A stretch of DNA of 64,000 bases from Thermoplasmatales archaeon I-plasma (GCA_001856825.1 ATMD01000004.1:426568-490567); one strand, 5' to 3'; shown: positions 35,019 through 45,765, numbered from the stretch's first letter. The notes: generated by a model from the letters alone, not told the origin. Numbers and translations are program-made.

Positions 35019-37472
35019 ATGTTTCGCGCCCTCGAAAGAATTTTTATAGATGGTGATTGTTATAAAAGCGTGGAGCGTCAGCCCATTCATCAGCTGTTGA
35101 GGGCCCTCTCTGATAAGAGGTGCCTGGACATACTGAATATTATATCGACAGAACCATCTTACACGGGGGAACTCGCTTCACATTTGAAGATCAAGGAATC
35201 AAGAATTTCTGAGAAAATAAAGATACTTAAGAGTGCTGGACTGATAACAGAGGAGTGGAAGAGGGAAGGAAACAAGCTTGTGAAGTATCTGAAACCATCG
35301 ATGAGAAAGATCAATATTTCACTTGATGGGGGTCTGAGTGTTGAAACCATTTCTGACAGGCCGAAGGAAATAGTTGATTACGAGCACTCAGAGTACAATC
35401 CACCGTCTGTCAGGAACTTTGTTGGGAGAAAGGAGGAGTACAAATTCCTGAAGGACAACCATCACATTCTGATAACTGGCATACCTGGAATAGGAAAGTC
35501 TGCAATGGCTGCACACTTTGTGAATACTCAGAAGATGAATACGTTCTGGCACGATATCAGGGAGACGGATAACCTCAAACATTTACTTATGAAGATTGCA
35601 ATTTTCCTGCAAAGACATGGTGATGAATCACTGATCAACTCGCTTCAGGCTGAAAGGGACAGGAGGGTGCATGTCAATCTAGCCATTACAGGAATGAGAA
35701 AGACTAATTCGATTCTGGTGCTGGATGACGTTCACAAATGCAAGGATGCAGAAATATTTGGACTCGTAAATGACTTTCTGAAGAGCGTGCCGGAAGTGAA
35801 GGTCATACTCGCTGCCAGGTCTAGGATACCCTTGGTGGCTACGTCTCTAAAAACGCTCGTACTGGGAGAACTTCCACCAGCCGAGGCCAAAAAACTTGTC
35901 GGAGGGGAATCCAGAAGCGTGGTGAAGCGGTTTGGGGGGCATCCCCTACTTCTCAAGATCATTAGCAACCTGCCCGTCAGCCTTGGAGAGGGATCTAGAA
36001 CTGTTTCTCCAGATGAATATGTGATGAACGTGATAATGCCGTCGCTTCCGAAGGGGATTGTGACAATAATACAGCAATTGTCGTTCTTTAGGGGAGAGGT
36101 AAAGAGAGAGGATGCTGAGTTCATATTTGGGAAATTTAACAGTGAAGAGTTTCATAATGCTGAAAATATAGGTCTCCTGAGAAGCAAAAATGGAATTGTC
36201 AGTATGAACGATATGGTCAGGGAGGCAGCATACTTAAGCGCTGACAATAAGGAGGACGTTCACTGGAAACTGGCAACATTCTACGTCTCCAAGAACAGTT
36301 CTGAATCCAAGATAGAAGGTTTCCACCATCTATGGAAATCAAGAAGGAACGAAGATATCCTGAAGTTTCTGGATCAATACTCAATGCAGCTCATTGACTC
36401 TGGTCACATGAATAACTTTCAGAAGGAACTTATAGAGGCGTCGGATTCCATGGCCGTATGCGAGGCAAAGGCCGTCATATTGTACTGGATAGGTAGGTCT
36501 TACAGGAATTCCAGGACGTACAAGAAAGCACTGGAATACTTCACAAAGGCCAGGCTATGCCCTCATTCACCAGACCTTGAGATGCATATTGCTCCCAGTG
36601 AGGCAGTTGTTCTACAATATATGGGAAGAATTGAAGCGGCAAGGGACGTACTTCAGAGCCACCTGAAGACCCTGAAAGAAAGGGGTGGAATAGTAGAGGG
36701 TGATATCCTTAATACCCTTGGAAGGTCACTAACTTACCTTGGCGAATTGAAGGAGGCAGAAAGGGTCCTCAAAAGAAGTCTAAAGATCTTCTCTAACTTT
36801 AAGGAATCGAGAGGGTACTGGGTCTGCCTATTCCACATTGCATTCATGGAATATGTTAAAGGTAATCTCAAGGAGGCTTGGGCAGTAAATGAAAGGGCGG
36901 CATCCGGTTTCCTAAACATGAATTACCTTTATGGATACGCAGCAACTCAGCAAACCAAGGCATTCATCATGGAATCTACTGGAAGATTTGAAAGTGCGAT
37001 AGATAAGTACGATGAGGCAATTGATATTCTGGAAAACCTGGGATTCAGCCAGTCAGATTTGGCTTTCACCCTAATGAAGAAGACACTCGCTAACATACAT
37101 ATAGGGAGAATGGAAGAGGCAAGCAAAGACCTGAATAAATCGAAGAACACAATCTCCCAGACTGAAGACGAACTTCTGAAGGGTATGCTTTCTTATGTCG
37201 AAGGAAGTTTCTTATTAAAAAAGAAGAAGTTAGAATTGGCTAGAAAGATGCTCAATAAGGCGATGAAATATGAAAGTAGTGACCCAATAATGTTATGGGG
37301 AGTCAGATTGCAGATGGCAAAACTTCTCTCAATTAATGGGAAGAAGAAAGATGCGGAAAAGCTCATTCTTGACCTCATCTCTGACCTTGAGAGAAGGAAC
37401 TTCTTTGTTTTTCTTAAGGAAGCGAAAGATATACATAAGGAAATTGAAACTATGAGAAATACAGGAATATAA
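35019..37472 (+). CDS. STAND-type signalling NTPase: ArsR-like wHTH + NB-ARC-like P-loop ATPase + TPR-like helical repeats
   Basis: 817 aa. The wHTH is LLRALSDKRCLDILNIISTEPSYTGELASHLKIKESRISEKIKILKSAGLI. The FVGRKEE linker leads to Walker A GIPGIGKS (nt 35478-35501). Walker B is ILVLDDVH. Also ILAARSR and GGHPLLLK (the GxP motif of NB-ARC/AfsR-like STANDs). The C-terminal ~400 aa are TPR-like (repeated A..Y..A....G....A pattern). Confidence 0.8.
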   Translation: MFRALERIFIDGDCYKSVERQPIHQLLRALSDKRCLDILNIISTEPSYTGELASHLKIKESRISEKIKILKSAGLITEEWKREGNKLVKYLKPSMRKINISLDGGLSVETISDRPKEIVDYEHSEYNPPSVRNFVGRKEEYKFLKDNHHILITGIPGIGKSAMAAHFVNTQKMNTFWHDIRETDNLKHLLMKIAIFLQRHGDESLINSLQAERDRRVHVNLAITGMRKTNSILVLDDVHKCKDAEIFGLVNDFLKSVPEVKVILAARSRIPLVATSLKTLVLGELPPAEAKKLVGGESRSVVKRFGGHPLLLKIISNLPVSLGEGSRTVSPDEYVMNVIMPSLPKGIVTIIQQLSFFRGEVKREDAEFIFGKFNSEEFHNAENIGLLRSKNGIVSMNDMVREAAYLSADNKEDVHWKLATFYVSKNSSESKIEGFHHLWKSRRNEDILKFLDQYSMQLIDSGHMNNFQKELIEASDSMAVCEAKAVILYWIGRSYRNSRTYKKALEYFTKARLCPHSPDLEMHIAPSEAVVLQYMGRIEAARDVLQSHLKTLKERGGIVEGDILNTLGRSLTYLGELKEAERVLKRSLKIFSNFKESRGYWVCLFHIAFMEYVKGNLKEAWAVNERAASGFLNMNYLYGYAATQQTKAFIMESTGRFESAIDKYDEAIDILENLGFSQSDLAFTLMKKTLANIHIGRMEEASKDLNKSKNTISQTEDELLKGMLSYVEGSFLLKKKKLELARKMLNKAMKYESSDPIMLWGVRLQMAKLLSINGKKKDAEKLILDLISDLERRNFFVFLKEAKDIHKEIETMRNTGI

Positions 37473-38138
37473 TTGGATGAAAGTTTATTCACCAATACTA
37501 TCATTTTTAAAGATATGACTTAGATTTGTCCCCTTCCAGGCGTTGAAGATACCTAGTGCCCTCACCTGCCAAGTAAAATTCTGAGAGCGAATAATTCTAA
37601 ATTAGCAAGAACACATTTCTAGTCTTATCGTTCAGTTTGTTGCTAATTTGGATGATCACTTTGTCTAAGGTATCTTATGATAGATGAAGCAATTTCATCA
37701 TACATAATTTTGACGGATGTTTGGGGCATTCTCCTAGAAAATACTTCTTCTCAAAGAGTGGTCAACTTGAATACAGTTCACCTGCTGCAGAAGGCATTTC
37801 TATGAAGGAGAAAATGGTACTTGCGATAGTCTGGGAGGGGGCGTTTATGTATTCCCTTCAGATACTGTTGACGGTAAAAAATATATTCTGCCGGTCAAAT
37901 TTCTAATCCTGAGGACTGTGGGTATTCAACCCTCGAGAGTCATTCAATGATCTATTCTCACATGGTTAAAAGGAAGGACTATCTAAGTTTCGACTTTCCG
38001 ACTTAGAAATTTACTGAATCTATTGGAATCAAGTCCATGGTTGTGGGTAAAGAACTAATAAAAATCAAATGGCTGAAAGATGTAAATAGTTAGAAATTAC
38101 TTGTTGTGGATTTAGATAGAGCCGTCCCAAAACTGTTC

Positions 38139-39884
38139 CTATAGGGACCAGTTCCTAATCTTTCTGTATTTGGTTAGCAAGGAATTTATCTCATTGTCGC
38201 TGGTTGCGCTCTCGTCAGGCTCTTCACCAATTCTCCTTCTTACGATCGCCGGCAAATAATCATCTTCCTTCTTTAGGCCAAAACCATCGTTCAGTTTCTT
38301 CTTTTCTTGGATTATGTTTTCTCCTATTTTCATCACTTCTTCAAGAGTGTAGTCGAATCCAGTCGCAAGATTCAGCGCACCCACTACGTCTTCAGGATTT
38401 ACCTTGGCATAAGAACAGATTATTGCGGAGTTGTATATCTGTCGGTAATTTTGCGTATTAACAACTGTTCTGACTCTTTCTTCTGTGTCTACTGTCCATC
38501 TGTCACCGCTCAAGATACCGATCTGACTGTTGTCAACTCCCATGTCAACTTCATACATTTCAGCCTGGAGATGGTCAGCTCCCCTTGAGGATGTTGCATA
38601 TCCTAATCCCTGAAGTTTGAACGCGCGCGGATCGTGCATGGGAATCTCCAATTTTTTCACAGTTGCAATTTCGTCCCTTGGGATTCCCCGAGAGGTTGCA
38701 AACCGTTCCAGCCCATTCTTCAGTTCATTCCCTGCTCCCCTTGATTCTGCTATGTCTCCAATAAGCTCACTAACTCCTTTGAATCCATCCTTAAAATATT
38801 TCGTTATTGAGGGGTCAGTGATTTTTCCTTCCTTGACGAAATTATTCAACGCCGAAATTATCACGCCAGTACTAATTGTGTCCATTCCCTTGTCATTTAT
38901 TAAGTCATTCCATTCCAGAATTAGGTCAAAACTTGAATTTCCAAGGAGAGGACCGAAACTTGCTACTGTTTCATACTCAGGTCCATCAATTTTCTTTCCT
39001 CCCTTTGTCACAGTTCTGCCACAGCCTATTACGCAATTTGCACAATGATAGCTGGTTACTGGGTATAATTCATTGAATTTCATTGAGCTAAGAGAATCGT
39101 AATCAAAATTGTGGTCCTTGAAATAGTTGGCTGGAATGTCCCCCATTCCCTGACCCATGTCCATCCATATCATACTGCCATTAGTCATCAGACCCTTGGT
39201 CAGTGGAGATTCAATCAGGTATGCTGATACCTTTCTTACAAGATCAAAATATCCCTTCCTATCATGCAGTGGTACCTGCTGGTTACCTTTTACCGCGATG
39301 GCCTTAAGATTCTTTGAACCCATCAGAGCACCCAGTCCTGTTCTACCAGCAGCCCTTCCCTCATCATTCATTATGGATGAGAACAGGACTTTGTTTTCAC
39401 CTGCTCTCCCTATGCCCAATACGCTGTATTTCTTTTGCTTCCTGAGTTCTTCTCTCAGTGAATAAAAATCTCTGCCCCAAAGTTCCGGTCTCTTCTCTAT
39501 CCTAACATGCTCATCTATGGTTATTACTTTCGGGACATCTGCGCGACCTTTGACGATGATACCATCATAGCCAGCTTTCTTCAATTCATTTCCAAAGAAA
39601 CCGCCAGAATTTGCTTCGCCAAAAAAACCTGTTTGTGGGCTCCTAGAAACAATTTCATGTCTGCCAGAATTAGGGAAGGGGGACCCTGTGAGTGGGCCAG
39701 TTGTTAGGATTAGGGGATTGTCTGGGGAAAACGGCTCTATTCTTCCGCCAAACTTCTCATACAACCTGAGACCAATCCCGACGCCCCCAATCCAATTTCT
39801 CCATTCTTCATCTGGAAGCAATTCTTCCCATGTCTCGTCATTGTAAAGATTGACGAATAGAAGCCTGTTCCAGTTTCCTTCCAT
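38139..39884 (-). CDS. aor: Aldehyde:ferredoxin oxidoreductase family (tungstopterin enzyme)
   Basis: 581 aa. N-terminus LLFVNLYNDETWEE; also GLGALMGSKNLKAIAVKG, CANCVIGCGR (Fe-S Cys) and SSRGADHLQ. Confidence 0.9.
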   Translation of the reverse strand: MEGNWNRLLFVNLYNDETWEELLPDEEWRNWIGGVGIGLRLYEKFGGRIEPFSPDNPLILTTGPLTGSPFPNSGRHEIVSRSPQTGFFGEANSGGFFGNELKKAGYDGIIVKGRADVPKVITIDEHVRIEKRPELWGRDFYSLREELRKQKKYSVLGIGRAGENKVLFSSIMNDEGRAAGRTGLGALMGSKNLKAIAVKGNQQVPLHDRKGYFDLVRKVSAYLIESPLTKGLMTNGSMIWMDMGQGMGDIPANYFKDHNFDYDSLSSMKFNELYPVTSYHCANCVIGCGRTVTKGGKKIDGPEYETVASFGPLLGNSSFDLILEWNDLINDKGMDTISTGVIISALNNFVKEGKITDPSITKYFKDGFKGVSELIGDIAESRGAGNELKNGLERFATSRGIPRDEIATVKKLEIPMHDPRAFKLQGLGYATSSRGADHLQAEMYEVDMGVDNSQIGILSGDRWTVDTEERVRTVVNTQNYRQIYNSAIICSYAKVNPEDVVGALNLATGFDYTLEEVMKIGENIIQEKKKLNDGFGLKKEDDYLPAIVRRRIGEEPDESATSDNEINSLLTKYRKIRNWSL

Positions 39885-40307
39885 CCGTTAGTATATCCAA
39901 AGCGTGGCTAAATACATTTCCTGATTGACGGCCTTTATATTCGAAATGCTAGAAATATTACGGTTCAAACGAATTTATTCCACTAATCAAATTCATCGAT
40001 ATTCGAAGACTAACAATTATAATCTACCCAGTTGTTAGCACCAGAATCCCTTCATTGCTTTCATCGGAAATTTTCCCCAATTGTAAATTTTGGCAAGCTG
40101 TCGTGAAATTCTCATCTCAAAGACTTTCCTCTCGCACCGATGGGAGCATAGATTACGCAGAATGAAAATATTAAGTTCCTTTTGAAGTTCCATTAAAAAT
40201 GGAACTAGAGTTTATTCCTTCCATGGTCTGGTAATTGATTTTTCTGTGATTTAACCCTAGTCGGCAGAGTAGTCCTAACTTACTTTGCAGAATATACAAA
40301 ATACGGC

Positions 40308-41801
40308 ATGGAAATACTAGTAACGTTAGACAGTGATAAGATACCTATAAATATTAAACAGACCATATTTGCTTGGATGAAGAAAATTGTCATTCTCATC
40401 GCTATTAGCATCTCAATAATGGTTATCCTTCCCGCGGCCAGCGGCTCACTTTCCCAGCAAGTAGAAAAGACTCCTATAAAGCACGTGATAAATATTCTCT
40501 TTGAGAACCACACATTTGACAACTTCTTCGGAATCTATCCGGAGAATCCATCTTCTACCCAACAATCTATTATAAACAGTATTTCTAGGCCACTTAATCT
40601 TTTGAACAACTCAGCCTTAATGGACAATTTAACAGCTGTACCAACTGGAACCTTCAGCACACCTGATCCGATAGAAGGATATACTGCCTACCAAATTGAC
40701 TGGAATCACGGCAAGATGAATGGCTGGCTCCAAGGAAGCGGAACAAATGCCCTGACTTATTACACATCTGCGCAGCTTGGCCCATTATGGGACCTGGCAG
40801 AAGAGTACGGCATTGCCGACAACTATTACGCTCCAAGGATTTCTGAGAGCGCTCCAAACACCCTTTATTATCTTGCTGGATTTTCGCCGGTGTTCAACGA
40901 CTATGGACCGCCGCCTTCTATACCTATTAATGAGACAATATTTGGCGAAATGAACAAATACAATATTCCCTGGGGAGTGTACGTGAGCAGCGACTCAAAA
41001 AGTTTTGACATGTCAAATTATATCCAGGGGATTGGATCATTCTCTAACAATATAAACAGCTGGAATACATTCATTCAGCAACTTGATAACGGGACTCTCC
41101 CATCAGTCAGTTATGTGTTTTCCCAGGGTGGCAACGGTTATGACATGGGAGCGCCAAGTAGTATATTAAAGGGAGAACTATGGTTGATATCCTTAATAAA
41201 CCACATAGAGGAAAGCCCAATATGGAGCAGTACCGCCATTTTCGTAACTTGGGACGATCCTGGAGGATATTATGATCAAGTTTCTCCTCCTACGCTGGAT
41301 GGCAACCAGCTCGGCATGAGGCTCCCTTTGATTGTTATCTCACCTTTCTCAAAGGAGGACTATGTTTCTAACACGCTACTCACGCACTCCTCTATCCTTG
41401 CATTCATAGATTACAACTGGGGCATTCCGGCACTCAACGGTTTTGTTTCTGACGTAAATGTTCCATTGGACTTCTTCGACTTCAATACTTCGAGACCTCC
41501 AATGACATTCAACTTTGGCAACGTAGTAAGTGTACCTACTGATCCAAATTTTAACATTTCCTTGAACCAATCCTCATTGAACCTGTCCGTTACATTTCCG
41601 TTGAGCCCCCAAGAGCCTTTCGATTCGCTGCACTATTCAAGACAAGGCGCGATGAACTTCACACTGTCGTCGATCGGAGCAGGAATTCTTGTGAAGAAAG
41701 ATGTAACCCTATCCCCATTCTATGCGTCACCTTACTTCCTACTGGTTCTAATCATCGTAGCTGCATCGACAGCAATGTTAACGCCAAGGAGGAAGAGCTG
41801 A
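40308..41801 (+). CDS. Secreted/membrane-anchored phosphoesterase family protein (phospholipase C / acid phosphatase AcpA-like)
   Basis: IKHVINILFENHTFDNFFG is the family signature, with TWDDPGGYYDQVSPP near the end of the catalytic domain. An internal ATG at 40377 gives a signal-like N-terminus MKKIVILIAISISIMVILPAASG. C-terminal TM + PRRKS. Confidence 0.8.
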   Translation: MEILVTLDSDKIPINIKQTIFAWMKKIVILIAISISIMVILPAASGSLSQQVEKTPIKHVINILFENHTFDNFFGIYPENPSSTQQSIINSISRPLNLLNNSALMDNLTAVPTGTFSTPDPIEGYTAYQIDWNHGKMNGWLQGSGTNALTYYTSAQLGPLWDLAEEYGIADNYYAPRISESAPNTLYYLAGFSPVFNDYGPPPSIPINETIFGEMNKYNIPWGVYVSSDSKSFDMSNYIQGIGSFSNNINSWNTFIQQLDNGTLPSVSYVFSQGGNGYDMGAPSSILKGELWLISLINHIEESPIWSSTAIFVTWDDPGGYYDQVSPPTLDGNQLGMRLPLIVISPFSKEDYVSNTLLTHSSILAFIDYNWGIPALNGFVSDVNVPLDFFDFNTSRPPMTFNFGNVVSVPTDPNFNISLNQSSLNLSVTFPLSPQEPFDSLHYSRQGAMNFTLSSIGAGILVKKDVTLSPFYASPYFLLVLIIVAASTAMLTPRRKS

Positions 41802-42371
41802 ATGAATGCTAGAATGCAAAGAGGAACAGGAAAATTTATCTCTGGCCTTGTCAGAGTGTCGTTCCCTGCGGCTCTTCTTACAACGGGAATAGTGTTCACA
41901 TTCGGGTATGCCACTGGAGTGATTTTTACAATTGGAGACACAAGACAGTTGATACCGGTATTTGCAGGAATCATCATTGGGTCGATACTTTTTTCAATAG
42001 CAGGTTTCGTCATTAAGTCCAATAAATTGAACCTCCTAACTCTCACTCTACTTTCAGGCCTCTTCCTAGCGGTGGCATACGTTATCATATTCCTTAACTC
42101 TCTTGTTATCGATGGCACAAATTTCCTAATCATAGCATTTCTTATGTCTTCTCCTGCTATGCCCGTCGCCCAGTTAATGAAGCTTTCATCAAAAAGTTAC
42201 TCCATCTTATCAAAAGTTGGCTTTGGCACTTTACAAGCAGTGCTTACCATCTTATTCGTCTTTGTCTTCTCGTTTGAGTACGAACTGCACGGACAAGTGA
42301 ATCTATATTTTGGACCGCTCATATTCCTACTACTCTCTATAATCTATCTTGCCGTGGTTAAATCCATGTGA
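41802..42371 (+). CDS. Hypothetical integral membrane protein (about 6 TM)
   Basis: 189 aa, hydrophobic throughout. Its start abuts the stop of the phosphoesterase gene (tgaATG). Confidence 0.65.
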   Translation: MNARMQRGTGKFISGLVRVSFPAALLTTGIVFTFGYATGVIFTIGDTRQLIPVFAGIIIGSILFSIAGFVIKSNKLNLLTLTLLSGLFLAVAYVIIFLNSLVIDGTNFLIIAFLMSSPAMPVAQLMKLSSKSYSILSKVGFGTLQAVLTILFVFVFSFEYELHGQVNLYFGPLIFLLLSIIYLAVVKSM

Positions 42372-42933
42372 TATACTTACCATTCATCTGATGTACTTGA
42401 CCGCCTCCTTCAGTTCCTTACATTCGTGCGAAACCCCCCCGTCCCTCATCGATTTTATCAAGTCCTTAAAATCCTAGACACTCTTCCTAGGTGTAATTAC
42501 AAATAACAATAAAGCTTAAGACATTTTGAACGCCCATTGCCCAATATGAAGGGATCAATAATTGCTTTCCATCTTTCTCGTGCACGGAGAATAAGGTCAT
42601 GCTGAAATTTATTAGGGGTCTCTAAGATCAGAACTCGAAGTCCATGCAAGGTAGATATGAGTTTCATAGGGACGGTATACCGGAGGGTATACCTTACAGG
42701 AGATTCATGAAGCGAGAGATGGTGACCATGGAAGGTTACATTCCTTTAGTGGGGGGGCATTTTGACACATTTGCAGCACAGTACTATATCGCAAGCGCAA
42801 GAATAACCCCCCATGATGAAAAGGCGCTACAAAGGTCTATAAGGTAATATTGGCTCAAAGCAAACGCTATCTAAGAATCTCTCAAAGCGACATGTGCCAA
42901 AAATTAATTATATCATAAAATAGTGAATAACTG

Positions 42934-44385
42934 ATGGAATCTGTAGAAGGACTTAAGCGTAACTCGATTTCGCTTATGAGATATATAACGATTTCTATGT
43001 CTGGAGTTTTTGTTTATGGAATAGCAATTGCAGTAGCTGGAGGGTATATAGACTATGCAGGTGATGCTGCAATATGGGTCGGGTTACTGGGCCTTGCTGT
43101 GGTGTTTCTGATGTCAGTTCCAGTCATGGAATATACAAGACTTGTACCCTTTGCTGGCGGGTACTATGGAATGGCAGAAATAGGATTTGGCAAGGCAGTT
43201 GGTAAATTTACAGCGCTTCTTAATTTTGCCTATTATTCATTTTTGGAAGTTGGGAATGGTCTTCTCGTAGCAGAAATTATGCTTGTCGCCGTATACATTG
43301 TATATGGTATCTTGCTTCCCTTCTGGATTGTACCAGTTGCGGCAATTATAACAATTTTTGTTATGTACCTAGGTGCGAGGTACCAGGTTGGAAATTTAAC
43401 CAGGATGATTGAGATAAGTGTGATAGCTCAGGTGCTAGTAATGCTGGGCGCTGCCATTTATGTCATAATGGTCACACCCCACAATTCTATTGCTTTTCTA
43501 AGTCCAACATCTTCACCAACCGGGTTTGCAGGCATTGGTTTAGGAGCTGCAGTTTCAGGTTTCCTGACCTATGAGGCTTATGGAACGGGGTTATTCTTTT
43601 CTGAAGAAGGCATAAAGGCAAGAAAGACCGTCTGGCGTTCAATAATAATTGGTACCTTGCTGGCTGCATTAATAGGCACGGTAAGCATCTATTCTGAGCT
43701 AGCTGCCTTTCCTAATATAACAGCTCTATCTGCTTCTCCTCTGCCTCTTGTCACATCATACATTTCTTTCATTGGAAAGATAGGGGTACTTTTCTTAGCC
43801 TTCGTATTCGTTCCATTTTATTTCAGTAGCAATATTGTAGGAACCTCAGGAGCACAGGCTAGGTTGCTCTATTCACTGGCAAGAGACAACTTCATAAAGA
43901 GTAAATGGCTGGCAACTCTTTCCAGCAAAAAGACTCCAGCAAATGCTGCGCTCTTCGATTTTATACTAGCACTTGCCATGACTGCAATAGTGTTAGCTGT
44001 CATGATACCAGTTTACGGATACAATGAGAATGCATTATTTTTCGTTGCCTTTGCACCATATACGGCTGCGACGATACTTTGGTATTTTCATCATATCATC
44101 CCAGACGTCTCTTTATATTTTTATTACCGCAGATCTGGAATCAAAGTGTCATTCACAAGAAAGCTACTAGTAAGCATAATTGCACCAGCATTGGGCCTAA
44201 TAATATTTGCCTACGCCTTTTACGATGGTGTCATAAGTAATTTGGTGGAACCATATTTCGCATTTGTTGTACTAGCCGCAATAATAGTCGTCTTCTCTGC
44301 TGTGTATGTCGGAATAAAGGCTTATAAGAATTCTTTGGGGGAAAGCGTTGTATCTAGAATGATCAAAGAAGAGGAATCTAAGTAA
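42934..44385 (+). CDS. APC-superfamily permease
   Basis: 483 aa, 12-ish TM segments, composition and length typical of APC transporters. Substrate unknown. Confidence 0.75.
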   Translation: MESVEGLKRNSISLMRYITISMSGVFVYGIAIAVAGGYIDYAGDAAIWVGLLGLAVVFLMSVPVMEYTRLVPFAGGYYGMAEIGFGKAVGKFTALLNFAYYSFLEVGNGLLVAEIMLVAVYIVYGILLPFWIVPVAAIITIFVMYLGARYQVGNLTRMIEISVIAQVLVMLGAAIYVIMVTPHNSIAFLSPTSSPTGFAGIGLGAAVSGFLTYEAYGTGLFFSEEGIKARKTVWRSIIIGTLLAALIGTVSIYSELAAFPNITALSASPLPLVTSYISFIGKIGVLFLAFVFVPFYFSSNIVGTSGAQARLLYSLARDNFIKSKWLATLSSKKTPANAALFDFILALAMTAIVLAVMIPVYGYNENALFFVAFAPYTAATILWYFHHIIPDVSLYFYYRRSGIKVSFTRKLLVSIIAPALGLIIFAYAFYDGVISNLVEPYFAFVVLAAIIVVFSAVYVGIKAYKNSLGESVVSRMIKEEESK

Positions 44386-44503
44386 AACAGATATGACCCT
44401 TTTTTTCTAAATTTTTTAAGGCTACTTGTGAGACAGATTATCGTTACCTATTTGACAAATACTGGAAAATGCTCAAATTAATTCTTATTTGCGAGCCGTT
44501 CTT

Positions 44504-44529
44504 CCCAGAGTTACCACCCAGAGTTACCA
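44504..44529. repeat. Tandem duplication 2 x 13 bp (cccagagttacca)
   Basis: Read directly: cccagagttaccacccagagttacca, in the intergenic DNA between the permease and the integrase remnant. Confidence 0.7.
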
Positions 44530-44769
44530 GTATAATGTGTAACTTGTAGTAAACGGCTACAAAGGCTTACTGGTAATTGGCACGATATTTTGTACAACTT
44601 TTAGAATTTATTCTCGAACGCTAGATGCTACCGATGCTATAGGCTTTCTGGCAGTTTGATTATGACCTTTTCTCCACAACGCGGAGTATTTGCTACAAAT
44701 CAAAGTTGAATGATAATGGGGGCTTGCAAGCTATTAAGCGAACTTGATAAGTTATGTCAACTTTTCTTA

Positions 44770-45765
44770 CTACCTGACTAGAGCTTTGTCTCCCGGTATT
44801 CTATCGCTTACGAGTTCAAACCCCTCGTTAATGTATGCTTCCATCGCGAAGAGCTGGATAACCTTCTGCCTTAGGCTGCCCTTTGACTTCATCATGGTCA
44901 ACTTGTCCCTCCGTTCAGTTCCCCTTGCCTCCTCAACAGGATTTCTCGACCCGAACAGCTTCTCTCTTTAATGTTCCTCAATTCCTCATCATCCACATCA
45001 AGGAGACCCCTTTCTTCTATTTCTTCCTCCGTGAATCCATCTATGAGGAGGATCTGTTTCTTGAACCTCCTGTTCATGCCCTCCTCTTCACTGCTGCTTC
45101 CAATAGTCTCCGGGAATTTCAGTGTCCGCTTATATGCCTCCCTCATTTCATTTATCTGGTCGGGAAGGAGGTTTTTATTCGTTGAGTACCTTGCCTCGAT
45201 GTCACCCTTGTGACCCATGAAGAACTGCCTCCAGGGATGTGATATCAGTCCCTTCGATTCCGCTATATCAAATGCCGTGGCGAAATGCGCCCTGAATATA
45301 TATGGCCTCCAGTTTTGACCTGCTCTTGTGATCGCCTTCTTCAACCATCTTGAGATGAATACTGTCATGGCGAAATCATTGACCTCCTCCTTTCTGGACA
45401 TATCTTTGTCGGGGAGGAACAAAGGTGAGTTCCTGTTCAGATTCTCCCCTGACCTAATCCTCTGCTCCTGATAATCCTTCAGATAAGTCATCTATTCTTC
45501 TCCGTAAAGGAAAAAACTTCAGGGAGGTGGAGATGTACGATCCAGCCTTTCCTTTTTTTTCCATCTTTCTTATCTGGTATGAGACCTTCTCATTGAATTT
45601 GGCGTAATCATCTGCAGCCAGCTTCGGTATGGATTCCGGGTCCTCATGAAGCCATTCCAGCCAAAGGCCAAGGTTTCTGAGGTAATAATCTGCAGTGAGA
45701 TCCGACTTGGCCTTCAGATTTTAATACCAGTAATTTACTTTCCAGCTTTTCGACTATAGTGCCTT
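44770..45765 (-). pseudogene. Decayed tyrosine integrase (paralog of 8834-10144) abutting the 3' end of tRNA-Cys
   Basis: The longest open piece, 44898-45491, matches the C-terminal half of the intact copy (..RPYIFRAHF.., HPWRQFFMGHKGDIEARYSTNK). After a frameshift near 44900 the tail continues as ..RQKVIQLFAMEAYINEGFELVSDRIPGDKALVR*, versus RQIVVKKDQIEPLIKKGWEFVAQLDDKVILK in the intact copy. N-terminal remnants lie at 45500-45765 (..WY*NLKAKSDLTADYYLRNLGL.., EKKGKAGSYI) with a nonsense codon. About 120 codons, including the first catalytic Arg, are deleted. Confidence 0.8.

Noticed and set aside
34792-35049. 85-aa ORF immediately upstream of and overlapping the STAND gene start
   Set aside because: It has odd composition and overlaps the likely promoter/5' region. 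No support beyond being open.
37590-38010. Short inverted repeats (aaattagcaa...ttgctaattt near 37600; tctaagt...acttaga near 37985) in the 660-bp gap downstream of the STAND and aor genes
   Set aside because: They are 7-10 bp stems in AT-rich DNA, easily expected by chance, and lack an accompanying oligo-T terminator signature or conservation evidence.
42434-42440. C7 homopolymer with short flanking ORF (possible frameshifted gene remnant) in the 42372-42930 spacer
   Set aside because: My translation gives only a ~21-27-codon open stretch bounded by stops in one frame, with no recognisable homology.
42644-42847. 67-aa + strand ORF
   Set aside because: It is isolated, has no recognisable motif, and has no coupling to neighbours. 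It may be real, but I cannot support it.
44811-44827. tRNA T-arm-like string cgagttcaaacccctcg
   Set aside because: With a 7-nt T-loop the stems do not pair, and no acceptor or anticodon arms surround it. It lies in the coding remnant of the integrase tail (..NEGFELVS..).
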